A stretch of 64,000 bases of DNA from Yuukianura sp. NJ FZ-2021. Taxonomy: Eukaryota. Location: contig CM102287.1 of the NCBI GenBank assembly GCA_046563655.1, forward strand, positions 3,100,001 to 3,164,000, in the 5' to 3' direction. Shown here piece by piece: positions 13,901 to 28,900 of the stretch. The notes under the pieces were generated by a model. That model was not told the origin of the DNA. It ran no database searches and was given only the letters and a program-made list of their open reading frames with translations. The position numbers and the translations under genes were made by a program. Position 1 is the first letter of the stretch, and each line of letters starts with the position of its first letter.

Positions 13901-16900
13901 AAAGTGAAAGTGGGGCTGGAAAAGTAGAGAAAGACTTTGAGACAAACTCACATGATTTGAAAAGGAAAATTTCGAAGAAAAGAGAAAATTGTGAAAGAAA
14001 AAGAAAGAATCCAAAGAAAAGAGTTTTTATGATTGTCTTGTGCACAATGTCGCAATCTCGTACTCAATTCAACCATTTTCCGTTTTCTTCCAAAATTTCA
14101 TTTTTAGTGGTTTGGAATCCTAAAAATATGGTATAGTGCATAAAAAGAAAAGATACTGCTCAACTACAACTAATTTTCTACATTACTTTATTAATTTTTC
14201 TAATTTCTTGTCGATGGAATTTGTCGATTTTTTGATGGAATTAAATTTCAAATTGAAAAGTCTTCTCCCTACACAATTCGTTGCAAAACGCAAAAGTTTG
14301 GAGTGACCAAATTTTTTTGTTTCAGTTTTTAAATCATGAAATATTGACCAAAAATTTCTTGATCTTTTTTGAGCATTACTTTTCTGAAAAATTGTTGCTA
14401 AAAAAGTACTTTTTCCTTACCAAAAGTGAGTAAGCCAAGTCCTCCTATATTATCTTTTTTCATCCAAGAAACCTGTAAAAAGAGAGCCAAAAAAGAGAAA
14501 GAACATAAATCACTTTGAGTTTCCCATTGGAGTAAGACAGGGGCAGAAGGAATTGTCAGTTCCCCGCCCCCAACCTCCTTTCTCCCTCCTCTGTCCATAA
14601 GGACGGACTTCCTCCCCCTCCTCCCTCCTCCTGTCTTCACTCCTAACTTCCTCCTCAAGAGGAATGAGTGATCTCCTTATCTCGATCTTAAAACAGAAGA
14701 TGACTTGAATCTTTGCTTTTCAAGATGAGAGATTATCATCATCTCAAATTAGCTTCAACAACTTTTTGGACACATAAAGATTTCCAGAGTTGATGAGAAT
14801 CTACCTGGAAAAAGTGGGGGAAATAAAAATGAAAAATGCCAAGAGAATAAAACATCAGAAAAAGCGAGTAACTGGAGAAGTGCTAAAAAATAAAAAATTG
14901 TGCAAAAAAAAAGCAGAGATTTGAGACAGAATGGAGTAAATTAGGCCAAGAGATAATTTTGTAAAAAGATTTTTTTTCGAAATGAGCCAAAGTTGAAAAG
15001 ATTTAAAAACTTCTGTTCGCATTAGCGCCGTTTCTCCCCTCATGATTCCTCAATTACTTCACATTTGTTTTCGTGTAACTTTTTTTTCCTAAAAACTTCA
15101 CTCACTTTACATTTGTAAACTTTCTTTCAAAAAAAAAAACTTTGAAAAAACGTACAAATGTTAGTTATGCTTTCACCGCCTGCGAAAGTTTTCGCTCATA
15201 ATGTTTTCGCCTCAGCAGAAGCAAAAATCAGACTTTTTTAAAAAAAAGGAAGAATTTCAAGATTTTTTTTTCACTGTCTCAGTTTTGTTCTTGTCAAATC
15301 CGAGTGGAAACTTTAGTTCCCTGTCCTTGTAAATGGAGAAAGTGTCAAAATTTTGAGTCCAAATGAGTGGCTAGTACTTTCGAAATTCCGGGTAACTTTG
15401 AGAATTGGCGGGTATTTGTGGAGAGAGTGGAAAGTTGGAGTATTAGTGGAAGTGACAGGACTAATTCCTGTGCTCCGTTACTCATTTCCTGTCAAAGGAC
15501 TTCAGACAGCTCCACAAATGCTCTTCCGGTTCAAAATATTGGACAAAAGCGATGACTTTTGGACACGACGAGCCACTCCGAGCGGAAAACGCAAGGAACA
15601 GGCACCAATCCAGAATAATTCCACGTCCATGTAATCAAAGTGACTACAGGTTTGACACGCGAGAGGTACAAACCCGCTAAAGTCAAAATCAGCGAAAGTA
15701 CATACTCGCTAAACTCAAAAACGGCAAAACATAACTGCCTAAAATCGACAATCAATTGTAAACGTATATAACAAAGTAGCAACAGTAGCTCTCGCTACTC
15801 ACATTTCAAGAAAAAAGAAAGCAATTTCATTTACAGAAATTAAAAAAAAAACATATTCTGAAACGAATTCAAAATTTGAAACTAACTTTAGAAGGATTCA
15901 CTAGTTTGGTGAAGTTCATTAAACTGTAGCACTGTAGGTCGCGTTGTGGTGTTTTTTGTTGCTAGTTTTGTTGTTGCCAGTTTGACCTGGTGACAAATTG
16001 TCCCCGGAGGGACAGCTGACCTGACTGAAGTTACAACTTTGAAGGTTTCCACTTCATCGCTCTTTTGCAATCGCTACGACCACAGTTTTTCTGGAACTAC
16101 TAAACACTAACTACTGAGACTTTTGACCTTTGACCTTTCTTTCTGTTTTTCAAAATTGAAAGTTTAGTGTTAAAAAGTAGGAGGAAACTTGATTTAAGAT
16201 TTTATTGTGCGTGTGTCTCACTGCCACTGGCATTCCCAACTCCAAAATGACATTATTTCCAGAAACTTCGAAACTACAATGTCAGTTTCGCCCTCCGAAA
16301 GCCCTAAAAAGAAAGTTGATTTGAGGAAAGTGCGGGAAAATTTGAATTTGACTTTGGCTCCATGCCTAGGTTCTGAACTCATTTTAGAAGTTAAGCTGCA
16401 CTACACAACAGCATATTCCCTAGGATAAAGTTTAAATCTTGTTTGTTCCAAAAGTGCGCCAAATTTTAAACGTCTGGTTCCCTCAACTTTTCCAGGGTAA
16501 AAAGTAAAACGGGTGAAAGCTCATTTTCTCTCAAAAGTTTTTCCCCCTACTTGTTTTTCAAAATTTCGAAAATCCAAAATCTGAGCCTTCCAGATGTCGT
16601 TTTCCAAAAATTTTCAGTAAAGCTTGTTTGAATGAAAACGAAAAAGTGACGCTACTTTTCATTGCTTTTGTTTTTTTCAAAATTTCAATATTCAAAAGTT
16701 GAAGTGATGCTCGAACTGGAGTAAAGTACAAAACAGTCAAAAAGGTCAACAGCAAAATGGTAAACAAAAATGTTAATGTATCTACGGTATGTGTTGTAGC
16801 TAAGGTAAAACACTTGTATAATTTTGTTTCCCTTTTTGCCGTTGACAGTTTTGGTTTGACAAAATGGTTTTAGTGAAACAAGTCTGGTGGCAAATTGCGA

Positions 16901-19900
16901 CATATGTCGCTCCTGGCGACATCAAATTCCAGTGGAAACTCAACACACACGCAACGTACTCATCATCATCAACATCGTCGTCACCATACAACCCAGAGTC
17001 CACTTGAACACGAACCAAGTCAGAAAACACTGAAAATCGAAACACACTAGAAAACACAATAACACTTGAAAACCGTAAAACACTTGAAAACACAATCAAC
17101 ACACTTGAAAACCCTAAACTGAGCTGGTTTGCTTTCCTTCGGCGTTTTTGGTTTACGCGGCCGAGGCGCGGAGATTCAAGTGAAAGCTAAACAGGCCGAC
17201 TGTCACTGAGCTCCTGAATTCCAGTCATGTTCCACTTTGTTCTAAAACTTTTTTTTTTCAAACTTTGTTGAAATTTCGAATTCGAGAATTCGAAATTTCG
17301 AAAAACAGGCACAAGCTGAGAGAAAAGTGAAAGGAAATTTCAAACAAATTAAAAGCGCGAAAACCACTCATTTCCTTTTACCCAAAATTTGAATTCTTCT
17401 GTTCTTTGTCTTTTTAGAACAAAAACTTTCAAGAGCGGAAGAATTTCGTGTTGGAAATTTTAGAAATTGAAGGACTGAACAAAAGTCATTGTTCAATTGG
17501 TCGTAGCTGCTGTTTTGCTGTTGAAAATGTAAACGGAAGCTTTGCATTTGAAGAAAATTTTCCCGCCAAAGAGAAAGTTCATTTGGATTTACATTTTCGC
17601 GAAAAGAAGAATTCTATTTAAAAAGCTGTAAAAACGCTTTATAAACTTCATAAACTGAAATTTCAGCTTAAATTTACTAAGCATTTCAGTTTGTGTTGTT
17701 CAAACGAAGCTTTTTAAACTTTTTTTGAAAAGGAGATTCAAATTTAAATCTGCTTTGGGCTTGCCGCTTTCACTTTCTGAGAGAATTATTTTCCAATTTA
17801 CTTTCACTTTGACATTTTTTGAAAAGATTAATTTCGCATTTATAGTTTGTTTATTGCATCAAATTTTTTTACACATGAATTCAAAATTTGAAAATTCAAA
17901 AGGAAATTTGAAATTTCCTGCCTTAATTCACACTTTGAGTGGTGAAGTTTGCAGTTTCGAGTTTTTCATGCATGAGTTCAAAAGTTCACGCACCCACAAA
18001 TAAATAATATAAATGCAAATGGGAATTTGATGAAAATTTTGTTACAATTTCCATAATTTTGACACTTTCATTATTATTTTCTCGTTTTCAACACGAAAGC
18101 CATGTTTAGCCTAAATTGTTAATGTGTCAGGAACTACAAAAGTTGGTACCCAAAATTTCAAAATTTTGAAACATTTGAGGTATTCATAAAATCCTGTTTT
18201 CAAAACCCAGTTTTCGAAATTCTCGGTTACAAATGAAGTGTCAACTTCAGTGAAAACCACTTTCATTTCCTTAGAACATGCAACTTTAAATCCCACTTCT
18301 TTTCCCGCCAAAAGGAAACCCGGAGACTGAAGAAAGTCAAAGTCAACAGCTCATAAAAGGGCGCGGCGGTGGCCCTCAAAGTACAAAATCTTACCGAAAC
18401 TAAAGCTTTCTCTTGGCATCGTTCTCATAAATCCCATTTCACAACGAAGGACTTTCTCTTTCAACCTTTCAAGCTTTCAGGATTTTCAGGAAAGAGTTTC
18501 GTAAATGAGTTTCACTCCAATTCTGCCAAGGAAGGTTCAGGATTGACGAGTTTCGGTTTCAGGAAATTTGAAAAGAAGATTATTATCTTCATTTCAGTAA
18601 TTTCGAAAAATGAAGGTGATTCTTTTTTCAGGAAGTTCATCTTAGATTTCGCAAAGATGTTCAAAGAGTTTGAGGATTCAGGAATCAGGATTTTCAGGTT
18701 GAAGGAGTTTCAGGAATCATGACCCTATTCCTGAAGAATTTTGAAACTGAGAATTTCACAACCAAGGAGTTTCAGAATATGAATTTCCACCGCCAATGAG
18801 TTTCCGCAATAATGATTTTCAGGAATCGCGATTTTCAAAAATCCCAATTTTCAGGAATCGTGATTATGTATTCCTAAAGAGATTTGAAATTGGGGATTTT
18901 CACAGCTCGAGTGTTTCAGGAGTGGTAATTTTCATCAGCAAAGAGTGTCCGATGATTTTCAAAAATCACGATTTTCAGGAATAACGATTTTCTGATTTTT
19001 TGTAGACTTTGATGATAGTTTAAACTGGACAAAAGTTTCACCTTTGAGTTTCAGGAATGAAAAAGTTTACTTTTGGTGAGTTTGCCAAACGAGAAGTTTT
19101 TTCTTCTTTTTTGGTGAGTTTTTGTGGGGAGAAGAAAGATTTTCGCTCTGGAGAAGAGTTACAGAAAGTCATTGACTAAACGAGGGAGGAGGAAGAAGTC
19201 CGGTTTTTCTTCCAACTTTTCCAACTTTTTTTTTCTCCAAAACCCTTCTAGGATTCGAACGCCCGGATTCGAGAAGAAGAAGTTTAGTTGTGTAGGGGGA
19301 GGGTGAAAGTGCAATGGAAACAATGCAATGTGACACATCACAAAACTTTCACTTAAGCCAAAGTTTCATTTCCAAAACTTTTAGTTTAATTCGGCAGAAG
19401 GGTGAGTTTAGCTTACCCAAACTTACAAATACTGCATAGACATAGCTAAGTTTTACTGGCAAAATAGTCAACAGCAAAAGAGTCAGGTGAATTTGGGCAA
19501 CAAAATTAAAAATTAAAAAATTCCTCTACTATTTGTTCAACTTTGCTTCAAAATTCTTGAACCTGTTGAATTTTGACTGTTGAACCTTTTGCTCTGTTGA
19601 TCAAATGTTTCCCAGGGATGTGAAAACTCGCTGCTTTAAACTGTTTTGACTCGTAATTGAACTTTTTACACCACCAGAAAGTTAAACCTTGCGGTCTAAC
19701 TTTCCCGCACTTTCACTTTTGCTTTCACTGGCAAAACCATTTGCTGCAATCTGGTTCCTCCAATCCCCCGAGGAAACAGAAATGAGAGTCAATTGGATCC
19801 TAATGTTAGAATCCTAAGGCCCCACGGTCCCTTACCAATGTTAGCCTAAGTTAGGCTACGTTTTTGGCCTCATCCAAATTCAGAGTCTCTCGTGTCTTAT

Positions 19901-22900
19901 GCCTCCTGCGTCCAAATTTACCCCCCCCCCCATCTATACCCTTCTCCTCTTTATCCATATGTGGCCTACGCTAACAAAACCCTATCACAAACAAATCGCT
20001 TTTCTTCCGTCGACAAATCAATACTGGAGGCTCCAGAGAGACAAAAAGTGCCTGGAACACTGGAAGATAGCGTGAGTAAAAGCAACTCACACATTAATAA
20101 TAGGAAAACATTAGCCTTTTTTTTAGTCTTTTCAAAAAAGACACAAAATTATAATTCCATTGTCTTTTTGTCCCACGACTCTTTTTCAACTGGAATTTAC
20201 ATAGTGTTTACTCATTCCGGAAGAGGATGACAAAAGACGGGTTTTCCCTCTCCTCACAAATCATTTTGAAAGTTCTTGTTTTCCTTATTCAAAGTCATAG
20301 TAAATTGTAGTCGGGACTATAGGTTTTCCTAATTGAGCACAAGGCGCGGGAAGGAAGTCGTTTGAAGTCGGGGGACTATAAAAACCGAAACTCCAAGTTG
20401 AATGAACTTCCGCTTTTCTCTTGAGGAGAGAAGTGGAGCTGGTTGTTGTTACTCAAGAATTTCCGGGAATTTTGAAAAAAAAAAAGTTTTTTGGAAAAAA
20501 AAAAGCGGGAGTGGTGTGGCTTTTGAAATTTGGAGGAAATTGATTAAATGAACCGCAGAAGATCAGAAGGAATTCCCGTTTTTCCCAATTTCTTTAGTCT
20601 CTCTTTTAGTCTTTTATAAAAGTACTAAAACCAAAAGAGATTTCATTTAAAAGATCCTTCCGAAGAATTAGAGACTCTTTTTTTCGTTTTTCGAGAAAAA
20701 CGGTAGATTTTGTGTGCTGGAGGAAGAGAAAATTTTTGGAGAAAGAGAGAAAATTAAATCAGGGACAAATCTAAAGCTTCTAATAAAGTTCTTCATTGCA
20801 ACTGCTCTTAATGGTTACTTGAACCTATAAATAGTACTTTAGGAAAGGATTTCACCAATTTTTTTTTCGTTTTTTGAAAAAACTTTTTTTAGAAATCGTA
20901 AAAAATAGACATCAAGAGACGCAGAGTGAAAGCATCGCACTTCCTGCCAAAATTTAAAAAAAAGTTCAGCCGTTTCAAGATTTCAAATTCAATTGTCGGA
21001 AATTGAGAAATTTCCTGTCTTTCCTAACTTACTTTCCAAAAGACAGGAAAAAGTGCTCCACTTTCACCTTAACCCACATTTTTTTTCTTTCAAAATTTGG
21101 TAGTTCTGTGACCTTTGACCTTCGAAATTGTTCAAGGTTTGATTGAGTAAGGTTTGTTAGGTGAATTTAAGGTTAGGCCATGCTTGTTAAACTAAGTTAA
21201 AATTAGGGAAGTGACAGAAATCGGACAATAGCGTGGCTTTAGAGAGCCTTAACGACTTTCCATTGAGTGAAAGGCTTGACAAGGGCGGATTTGGGATGAA
21301 GTGAAGAAGGTTCTAGAGTGCAATTTGTGAAGATTGAGGGGTCAGAGGTCATTTGGATTGTGGTTGTGTGGTTGGAGTGTCTGTAATGAATTATGGGATC
21401 AGGATAAGCCTTTCCTGGAGTGTACATGTTCCAGATTTGTGAGAATCCAAGAGAAAGAGCCAGGGAGTCGTTAGATTGTGGAGGGAGACAATGGAGAAAG
21501 CTAACGACTTTCCACATGTCTCCATTGACTAAATTAAGTTCCCTTCAACTACCAACTCTCTCCTCAATTACATTCTCCATTTGGACTCTACAAATATTCC
21601 AATTACGACCAACTCCTGTCCTCACTTGCACAAAAAACAGCAAAACCTGTCCACACTTTCACAAAAATGTCTAAAATCTGTCCACACTTTTACTAAAATT
21701 GTCTAAAATCTGTCCAAGAGGCCAATTTCTGTCCAAATATGTCAAACATCCGTCCATCCTTCTAGACTCGCCTGTCAAAACAAGTTTTTCTGTCCAAACT
21801 TTCTCTAAAACTGTTCTAAAAAAAGTTAAACCCCCAAATTCCCGGTTTCAGCTAAGCCAAAAAGTTGCGGTTTAGAATTTTTTCGCGGTTTAGGAATAAG
21901 AAGAGATTGGGATTAGATTAGGGTCAAGTTCTGGTTTGAGATAAGTTTGTGAACTGTGTTATGCTTTCACTGGATTTTGGTTATGATTAACTTTGTTTAT
22001 GTTATGTTTGTTTGGCTCAGATTAGTTTTAGAAGCGGTGAAAGTTATTTTTAGGTTAGGCTATTGTTGCAGTATGGTGAATTGGGTCCCAGTTTAAGCTT
22101 TTAGGAAGTGATTTCGTTTCTATGATTTTGTGTTTTTGTTTAGACTGCAGCAGTGGGTGCTTGTGACACAATTACGGCTTTAGGATATTGGTTTTGCACA
22201 GACAAAAGCCTAAACTGAGCCAAGAATACAAAATATCCTGAAAAATATTAGGAAATGGGGACAGATTTCTAGCTATAGGCGCTGGAATCGCTTGCAGCGA
22301 TCTAGTAAGTTATAGACGCTGAAAGCGACTAGTCGCAGCGACAAGCCAGCTCGTCGTCATCCTACTTCCTATTGAGGGAACTTTTGAATAGAAAGCACAA
22401 GAGATCATCATCGGCTTTCCTTTCACTTGAGCAGACCATGAGGGGGACTGTGGCCCATTTCTAACTTTTTTTTTACCATGAGGGGAAAAACTTTGCAAAA
22501 AAAAATGAAAAAAGCATAATGTTCTGTCATCCAGTTGGACAGTTTCACAAATGGATTTTTAGGACCCAAAGTATGTTATTAAAGTTCTCAATGGAAGTCC
22601 ATACGGGTTTCCTTATTGTTACTCAAAAAGCTAACCAAAACCCATTACGTTATGCTTAGCTTTTTCAGTAACAAGAATCATAACGTAATGGTTTTTAGCC
22701 ATTTTTGAAAATCTAAAGTGAAATGTCAGTCATGTTCTGTTCTCAAATGCACTTTCTCCGTCGTTGTCATTTCAACGCACTTTTTCTCAAAATTTGTCTT
22801 TTCAAAAGATTTCAACAATAGCATTTTCCTAAGTTGCCAAAAAATGAAGCAATCCGTCATAAAATTACGATGGTTTGACCTAAATTTTTTTGCGACTTTT

Positions 22901-25900
22901 TTCTCCTCATGAGACAATTTTTTTTTCATGTGAACAATAGGACGTTGATTTTTCGTCACTTGAGAATTGGAGCTTACTTTTTTTTAAAAGTTTTATTTAA
23001 ATTTTGAGCCAAAGATGTGAATTTTTGTGAAAAACTTTTTTTTATGCATTTTTTCTTGGTTTTCTTACAGTTTTGTCTTGGAGGAGGTTGACTTTGCAGT
23101 GGAGAAAGACTGTGGATCCCAGTGGAGCAGTTATGTTCGTCAAGTTGGTATGATCATCAAAAAATGGAAGTGGCTCTGCTGGTGGAGTACTTTTCTCCAG
23201 AAACATTTCCTCTGAGTCCAATTCGTAATCTAAAAGAAATTAAGAACACGAAATGAGAGGCGAAAGAAAAAATTTTAGACAAAAAGAGGAAAAAATTTTT
23301 GACAAAAAAAATTCGTTCTCAGTTTTCTCCTCTTTTCTTTCAGATTTAATCAAAAAATAATCTTCAACTTTCTCTCAAAAAAAAAAGCTTGAGAAAAAAA
23401 AATGGACGTGAATCAAGGACTGGGAAAGAAATCAGCTGTTAGCTAAAGAATTTCGACTTTTTCAAAATTTTCAGAAATTTCAAGAATTTGGAATAGATTG
23501 TTCAAAATTTTGAAAGTTTTTAACTTCTCTGGTTTGCTTGCAACTTTGCAGCTTGAATGATTTAAATTAAAACTTGGAGAAATCAAAATTGGAGTTTGGA
23601 TTGTCCGTGTTTGTAACTTTTTAGAGCGAAAATTTTGAAAACGAGAAAGATTAGTAAAGAAAATAAGAAAAGTTAAATTTTTTTTCTTTTCAAATTACTT
23701 TTTTTTCTTGTTTTACTAAAAGTTGTAAAGATTTCTCACTTCGATTAACTCCAGCCCTCGCTTTCTCCCAATTTCTAATTAACACAAAAAAAAAGCGTGC
23801 TCCATTTTTTCTCATTTTTGAAAGATTGGCGCTCCTTCTCGTTTTCATTGGATTTTTGAAAGCCAATTTCCTCCTAGTTCATGTTTGATTTAACACAAGG
23901 CCCCCGCAGGACTTGGTGAGTGATGGAGAAAAACGCTGTTTTTTCTCACTTTTCAAAAAACAGCGTTTTCCGCTTTTCCAAAAAAGTTCATCATTCTCAA
24001 AAGGTCTTCATTTAGATTCAAGAAGCGACGCGGGAGAGGCCAAAAGGCGTGTAAATTAAACTCAACAGCGACTAGACGTTTTCTAATCTCAAAATTTCAA
24101 ATTTAAAAGAGACTAATTTTCAAAATTTGTCCCAATTGTCATTTAAAAAGTTCAAAGTTAAAATTCTCTTTTAGAACTTAACAAGATTCAAAATCCAGAG
24201 ACGAATCTGTCACTTTCCAGACCCTTTTTTCAAAAAACTTTTTTCTTTGCTATGCAATTTCAAAAAAAAAGTTTTAAAAAGAAGCGGGAAAAAATTTCCA
24301 AAAAGAAAGTTATACAAAGTGCAGCAGCAGTTTTAATTTGGTGAATTTGAATTTGAAAATAAGCCAAAACTTTAGAAAGAATTTTCGAAATCCTTTGGAA
24401 TTAAAAGTTTTAAATTTTCTCGGGAGAGGAGTAAAAGTTTTTATTAAGAGAAAGCGAGGCGGAGAACTTTCAAAATTTTACTTTTCTGTTGCACAAAATG
24501 TAAAATCTGTTGCCAAAATTTTGGTTTCAAAATAAATACTAAGCTCCTGCTGTCCTTCTAAAAGATTATGGAGGAACTTTCACTTTTAAGAAAGAAGACG
24601 GTGACCCGTGTATCAATTTGCTTAATGAGGTCATTCACCCGCCAGAATCTTGTTTAAGATTTTCTAAAAAATGAAAAACTTGTTGAAAAACGAGTTTTTT
24701 GAAAAATTCAAACATGCTGCGAGTAAGTTTTTGAGTGGGGAGGAAGATGATGATGTGTAGAATTAAGGAGTCATTAGGAACTACTGTGAGACTTTCACTT
24801 ATAATCCTCTGGCGCTTCATAAAGAATTAATTGAACCTTCCAGACCCGTTTCCTCCGTTTCCTCAGTTTCGTTTCCTCCGTTTCCTCTAAAGGAAAGTCG
24901 TTTCATGTCGGAGGCTGTCAGAGACAGGTCTCTTTCCATGCCAGAATTGGCACATTTCCTTTCACAGTTATTGTCAGAATTTGGAACAACCTAAAAACTT
25001 CCCCCCGAGTCACATTTCTTCATTAGTGCTCGTCATCTCTCTGCTTACTTTCACTTTATTAGTAGTTACAAACGACACAAAAACCAATTTCAGCCTCTAA
25101 CTTTCAAAATTTTGAAGTAAAGCCAAGAAATTCCACTTTTTAAAATTTTACATTTTAGGGATTCTACTCTCTCCTTTGAAGAATTTGTCAAAAACAAGAC
25201 AGGAAGAGGGAAATCAGCGGCGGGTAGAGGAGCTTCCGAAGAATTAAATTTAGAAAAGTGAGTGAAATTTGAAATTTCAGACCGAAAAGGTTTCAAAATT
25301 TCTAAAAAACAAACCACTCCGAAAGTAGCCAGTCCGGGAACTGTGATTCAATTGAACTAAAATTTTTAAGCAAGTTTTTTTTAGGTTTTACCCACACGGA
25401 TTTTAGAAACTTCAAAAAAAGCAAGAAAAAAAAATAATTTTTTTCGTTCCTTTCCATGCGATTGCCTGAAATGCGAGAATTAAATTTCACAGATTCGTGC
25501 TGCGATCAAGAAATGTTAGGCTAAGCAATTACGTTGAGAAGATTTTTTTTGTGTTAGGTTAGTATTAGGTTGCGTTGTTTTTGTGTTAGGTTAGTATTAG
25601 GTTAAGGGTTGATTGAAAAAGGCGTTGCTTTTTGGTTGCTTGATGTCAGTTGTGGTGGGTTTGGCACTAATGGGGATTTGATTAGTCTCCCATTACACTT
25701 CAACGTAGTCAGAAAAAAAGTTAGAGAAAGTTGGGCTAGAAAAAAGGAAAATCGACTGAGATTTTTGGCAAAAGCGACCTTTGACATCATTCTGCACAAT
25801 TCCGAGTCAAGATATGAACCGATTGTGCAAATGTGAAAACTGTTTTGTGCTAAAGAAAAGAAAGTTTTTTGAGTTCAGGCAAAAATGGTGACGAAAAACA

Positions 25901-28900
25901 ACAGCCGCGAGAGAACTTTCTCCAAAAAAGCAAGTTTTTTTGTCTTCTTTTGAAGTGGAGGAAGATCTTTGGCGAACTTTTTAAAAGTGCTGACATCAGT
26001 CTGTTTGGAAACAAAATGAAAAAAGAAAGTTTTCTCATCATCTCGAACTTAGCACCAAACACTTCACATCATCATTAGCCATCGCTCCACTTTCCACATT
26101 CATTACTTCCCAACTTATTTTCAAAATTTCAAAAAAAAAAATCGAAATTTTTAAAGAAATTTTGAATTCTTAAAAAGCCGTTCGTAAAATAAAAAATTTC
26201 AGGGTCCTAACTTTCTCCAACAAAAAACGTAGAGAAAGCTTGCACAAATTAACAAACTTTTTTTAAAGAATTTTTTTTCACACTTTTTTTTCAAAAATAT
26301 TTTCAGCAGAGCTTCAAAATTTGAGCTAATCAAAACATTCCATTGTAAACCCTTAATTAAAAAGATTTTGAACTCTCCCGCTTATAAATTAATTAAAAAT
26401 TATGCACACTACTAATCATCGCATATCACAATCAACTTCCTTTGAACTTTCTCTCAACTCTAAAAGTAAAAGTTAGCTTTTTAAGCTCAAAAACCCAAAA
26501 GTTAAAACGAAGCGAGGAACCTTTTGAAATTGAAATTTTGGCGGCGGAATTGAAATTTTTGGAATATCTTTGGTTTGACTTTGGCTCCTTTTAAGCGTAT
26601 TCCATCTTCGGAGAAAGTTGATTTCGGAGAGAATGATTCTCCCTCTCAGTATTTCCCTTAAGGAACTTTCTCTTGCTCTTGAAAATGTTAGCCTAACATT
26701 TTAAAACCTAACATTTGTTGGTTAGAGTTCCAAGGAGCGTATTTCCTATTCAAAATCCCCCTTTCTCCACCCGACTTCAAATTCAGTGAGGCATGAATAG
26801 TAGATTAAGGTTCTAGTGTACAAAACCAACCTAACCTAAAAACCTAGCTTGCTTTTCCATAATTTTGGCGAGTCAGGGATTAAGGTCGCTCGAAGTTAGG
26901 TTAGTAGCCTAAGTTAGGCTAGAAGCCTAAGTTAGGCTAGTAGCCTAACGTAGTCATGAGAAGAAAGTCTCTAGGCACTACTAACGTTAGAGACACAAGA
27001 CAAAGGAGATTAGGGTTGATGGGAATAGGGATTGACTATTGTTAAATTAGGAAATTAGGATAGAAAGTTAGGCTAACTTTAGGTTTTGGTTAGGTTTTGG
27101 TTAAAGTCAATACCCTATGGACAAACTCCGCACATTGCCAAATCCAAAGAGCTCTTGACAATAATGAAGTTTGAGGTAAGGACAAGACTTGGGATTTGGT
27201 GGGATTAGAAGATTTGGAGAGTCTAACCTGAAGTAAAGCAAAGTTCGCTTTCACTCTATGTTGTCATGTTTTCAAAATTTTGAAAACAGAATTCAAAAAA
27301 AGTTGAAAAGAAGACTTTAACAAACGTGACTCAACTTTTAGCACAATGCAAGGCTAATAACAAGCGAAATGTTTGATCAATCGGGCTGTGAAATGCAAAA
27401 ATCCGAATTTCGGAACTTAAAAAATTTTCTCATCCAGTAAAAATGTGTTAAATTCCAAAAACCTTCCATTTTTTATGAATTGTGCACCTTATGGAATTCG
27501 GGATTAGTCTCAAAATTGAAATTTAAAAAAAAATGCAAAATTTTGAAAACCGGAATCTTTTGCCTAAACTAATTGAGTTTTCTATGATACAGAAAACAAT
27601 GAGTTTAGTCTTCCCACTGCCAAAATCTAATTAAGTCTCTTCCAGATTAATTTGGGTATTAGCGTTCCATGTAACTAGGATCCAGCTAGGATGCTGGATG
27701 CTGGATGCTGAATGCTGGATGGGTTTCGAAGAATACAGACAATGGACAGTATCCAGGACATTGGAAAACAATAGATTTCCAAATCCAGCAGTAGATAGGA
27801 TTAGCGTCCATGCCCAAATGTGGTTTCCCTTCAGAATCCACAAGCAATGCTCCCCACCACCCAATTTTGAACCTCTCTGTCCAATTTCCTAAAGGAATCA
27901 TTGGCTTTTCATCAGTACTACTGAAAGTATATACTGGAATACTGGAATACTGGCAGTATATCCTGGAATACTGGGAGTTGGAGCTTCAAATGGTTGAATT
28001 TGGATCAGTGTAACAGTGGAAGTTGGAAGAAGTAGACAATGGATAATTTAAAGGAGAAAGTATAATGGAAGTTGGCACACTGCTGGAGCTCTGCTTTCTC
28101 CATCAACGAAAGTTGTAAGTTCCTGGAGAAGTGGAGTGGTGGTTCTGAATGTTAATTAATGAGAATTAATTCCCATGCTCCCTCTGCCTATCGGCTCCAA
28201 TAAGACTAATGTAATTGACACATAATTCTAAATCCGCTTGATTAAACACTCACTCACATGCGTGTGAGAGAGAGAAAAGAGGAGAGAAAAAGAGGAGAAA
28301 GAGACAGAAAAAGAGGAGAGAAAATCAGCAAGAGAGAAAAAACAATGAAAAAGAGACGAAGAGAAAAAGAGTAGTGGCAAACAGCATGAGAGAAAAAAGA
28401 GTTGAGAGAGAAAGAGAAGCGGAGAAAACAAAGGAAAAGAGAAAAGGCGACAAATGAAATTGATTTTTTTGAAATTTTATTACTTACTACTACTGCAAGT
28501 CAATAAAGTTTAGAGAGTTAATAAAATTAAGGTTTTGAAGTTTTGTGAAAGTTTTATTAGCAGTGTTAAAAAACTATTTATAACTGCTTTTCAAATCGAT
28601 TTCTACTTAAGAATTTTAGGAAAGAGCATATTGCTTTCTCATTCTCCTGTTTTTTTTTTTTTCAAAAAAGTGAAAATTTAGATAATTTAAAAGTCTGGGA
28701 GCGTGAGAATTTGAGTGTTCGGAAGACGGTTGGTTTGGAGTTGGAGAAAGTTGGTGAAAGTGAATTAATTGGGCATGATTGGAGTGACAGCGTTTAATTG
28801 CCCATTAAAAAACACGTTCTCAACCAAGAGGTCCTTTTTCCATAGTCAAGGGCTCCTTAGGGACACTTTCGAAAATTAAAATTTAAAAAAATTTTAAATT

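Noticed and set aside
19248..19275. B-box-like GTTCGAATCC on the minus strand (tRNA/SINE)
   Set aside because: No A box or cloverleaf could be built around it.
21239..21674. Coding-looking ORFs in a dpr intron
   Set aside because: No recognisable domain or consistent splice structure.
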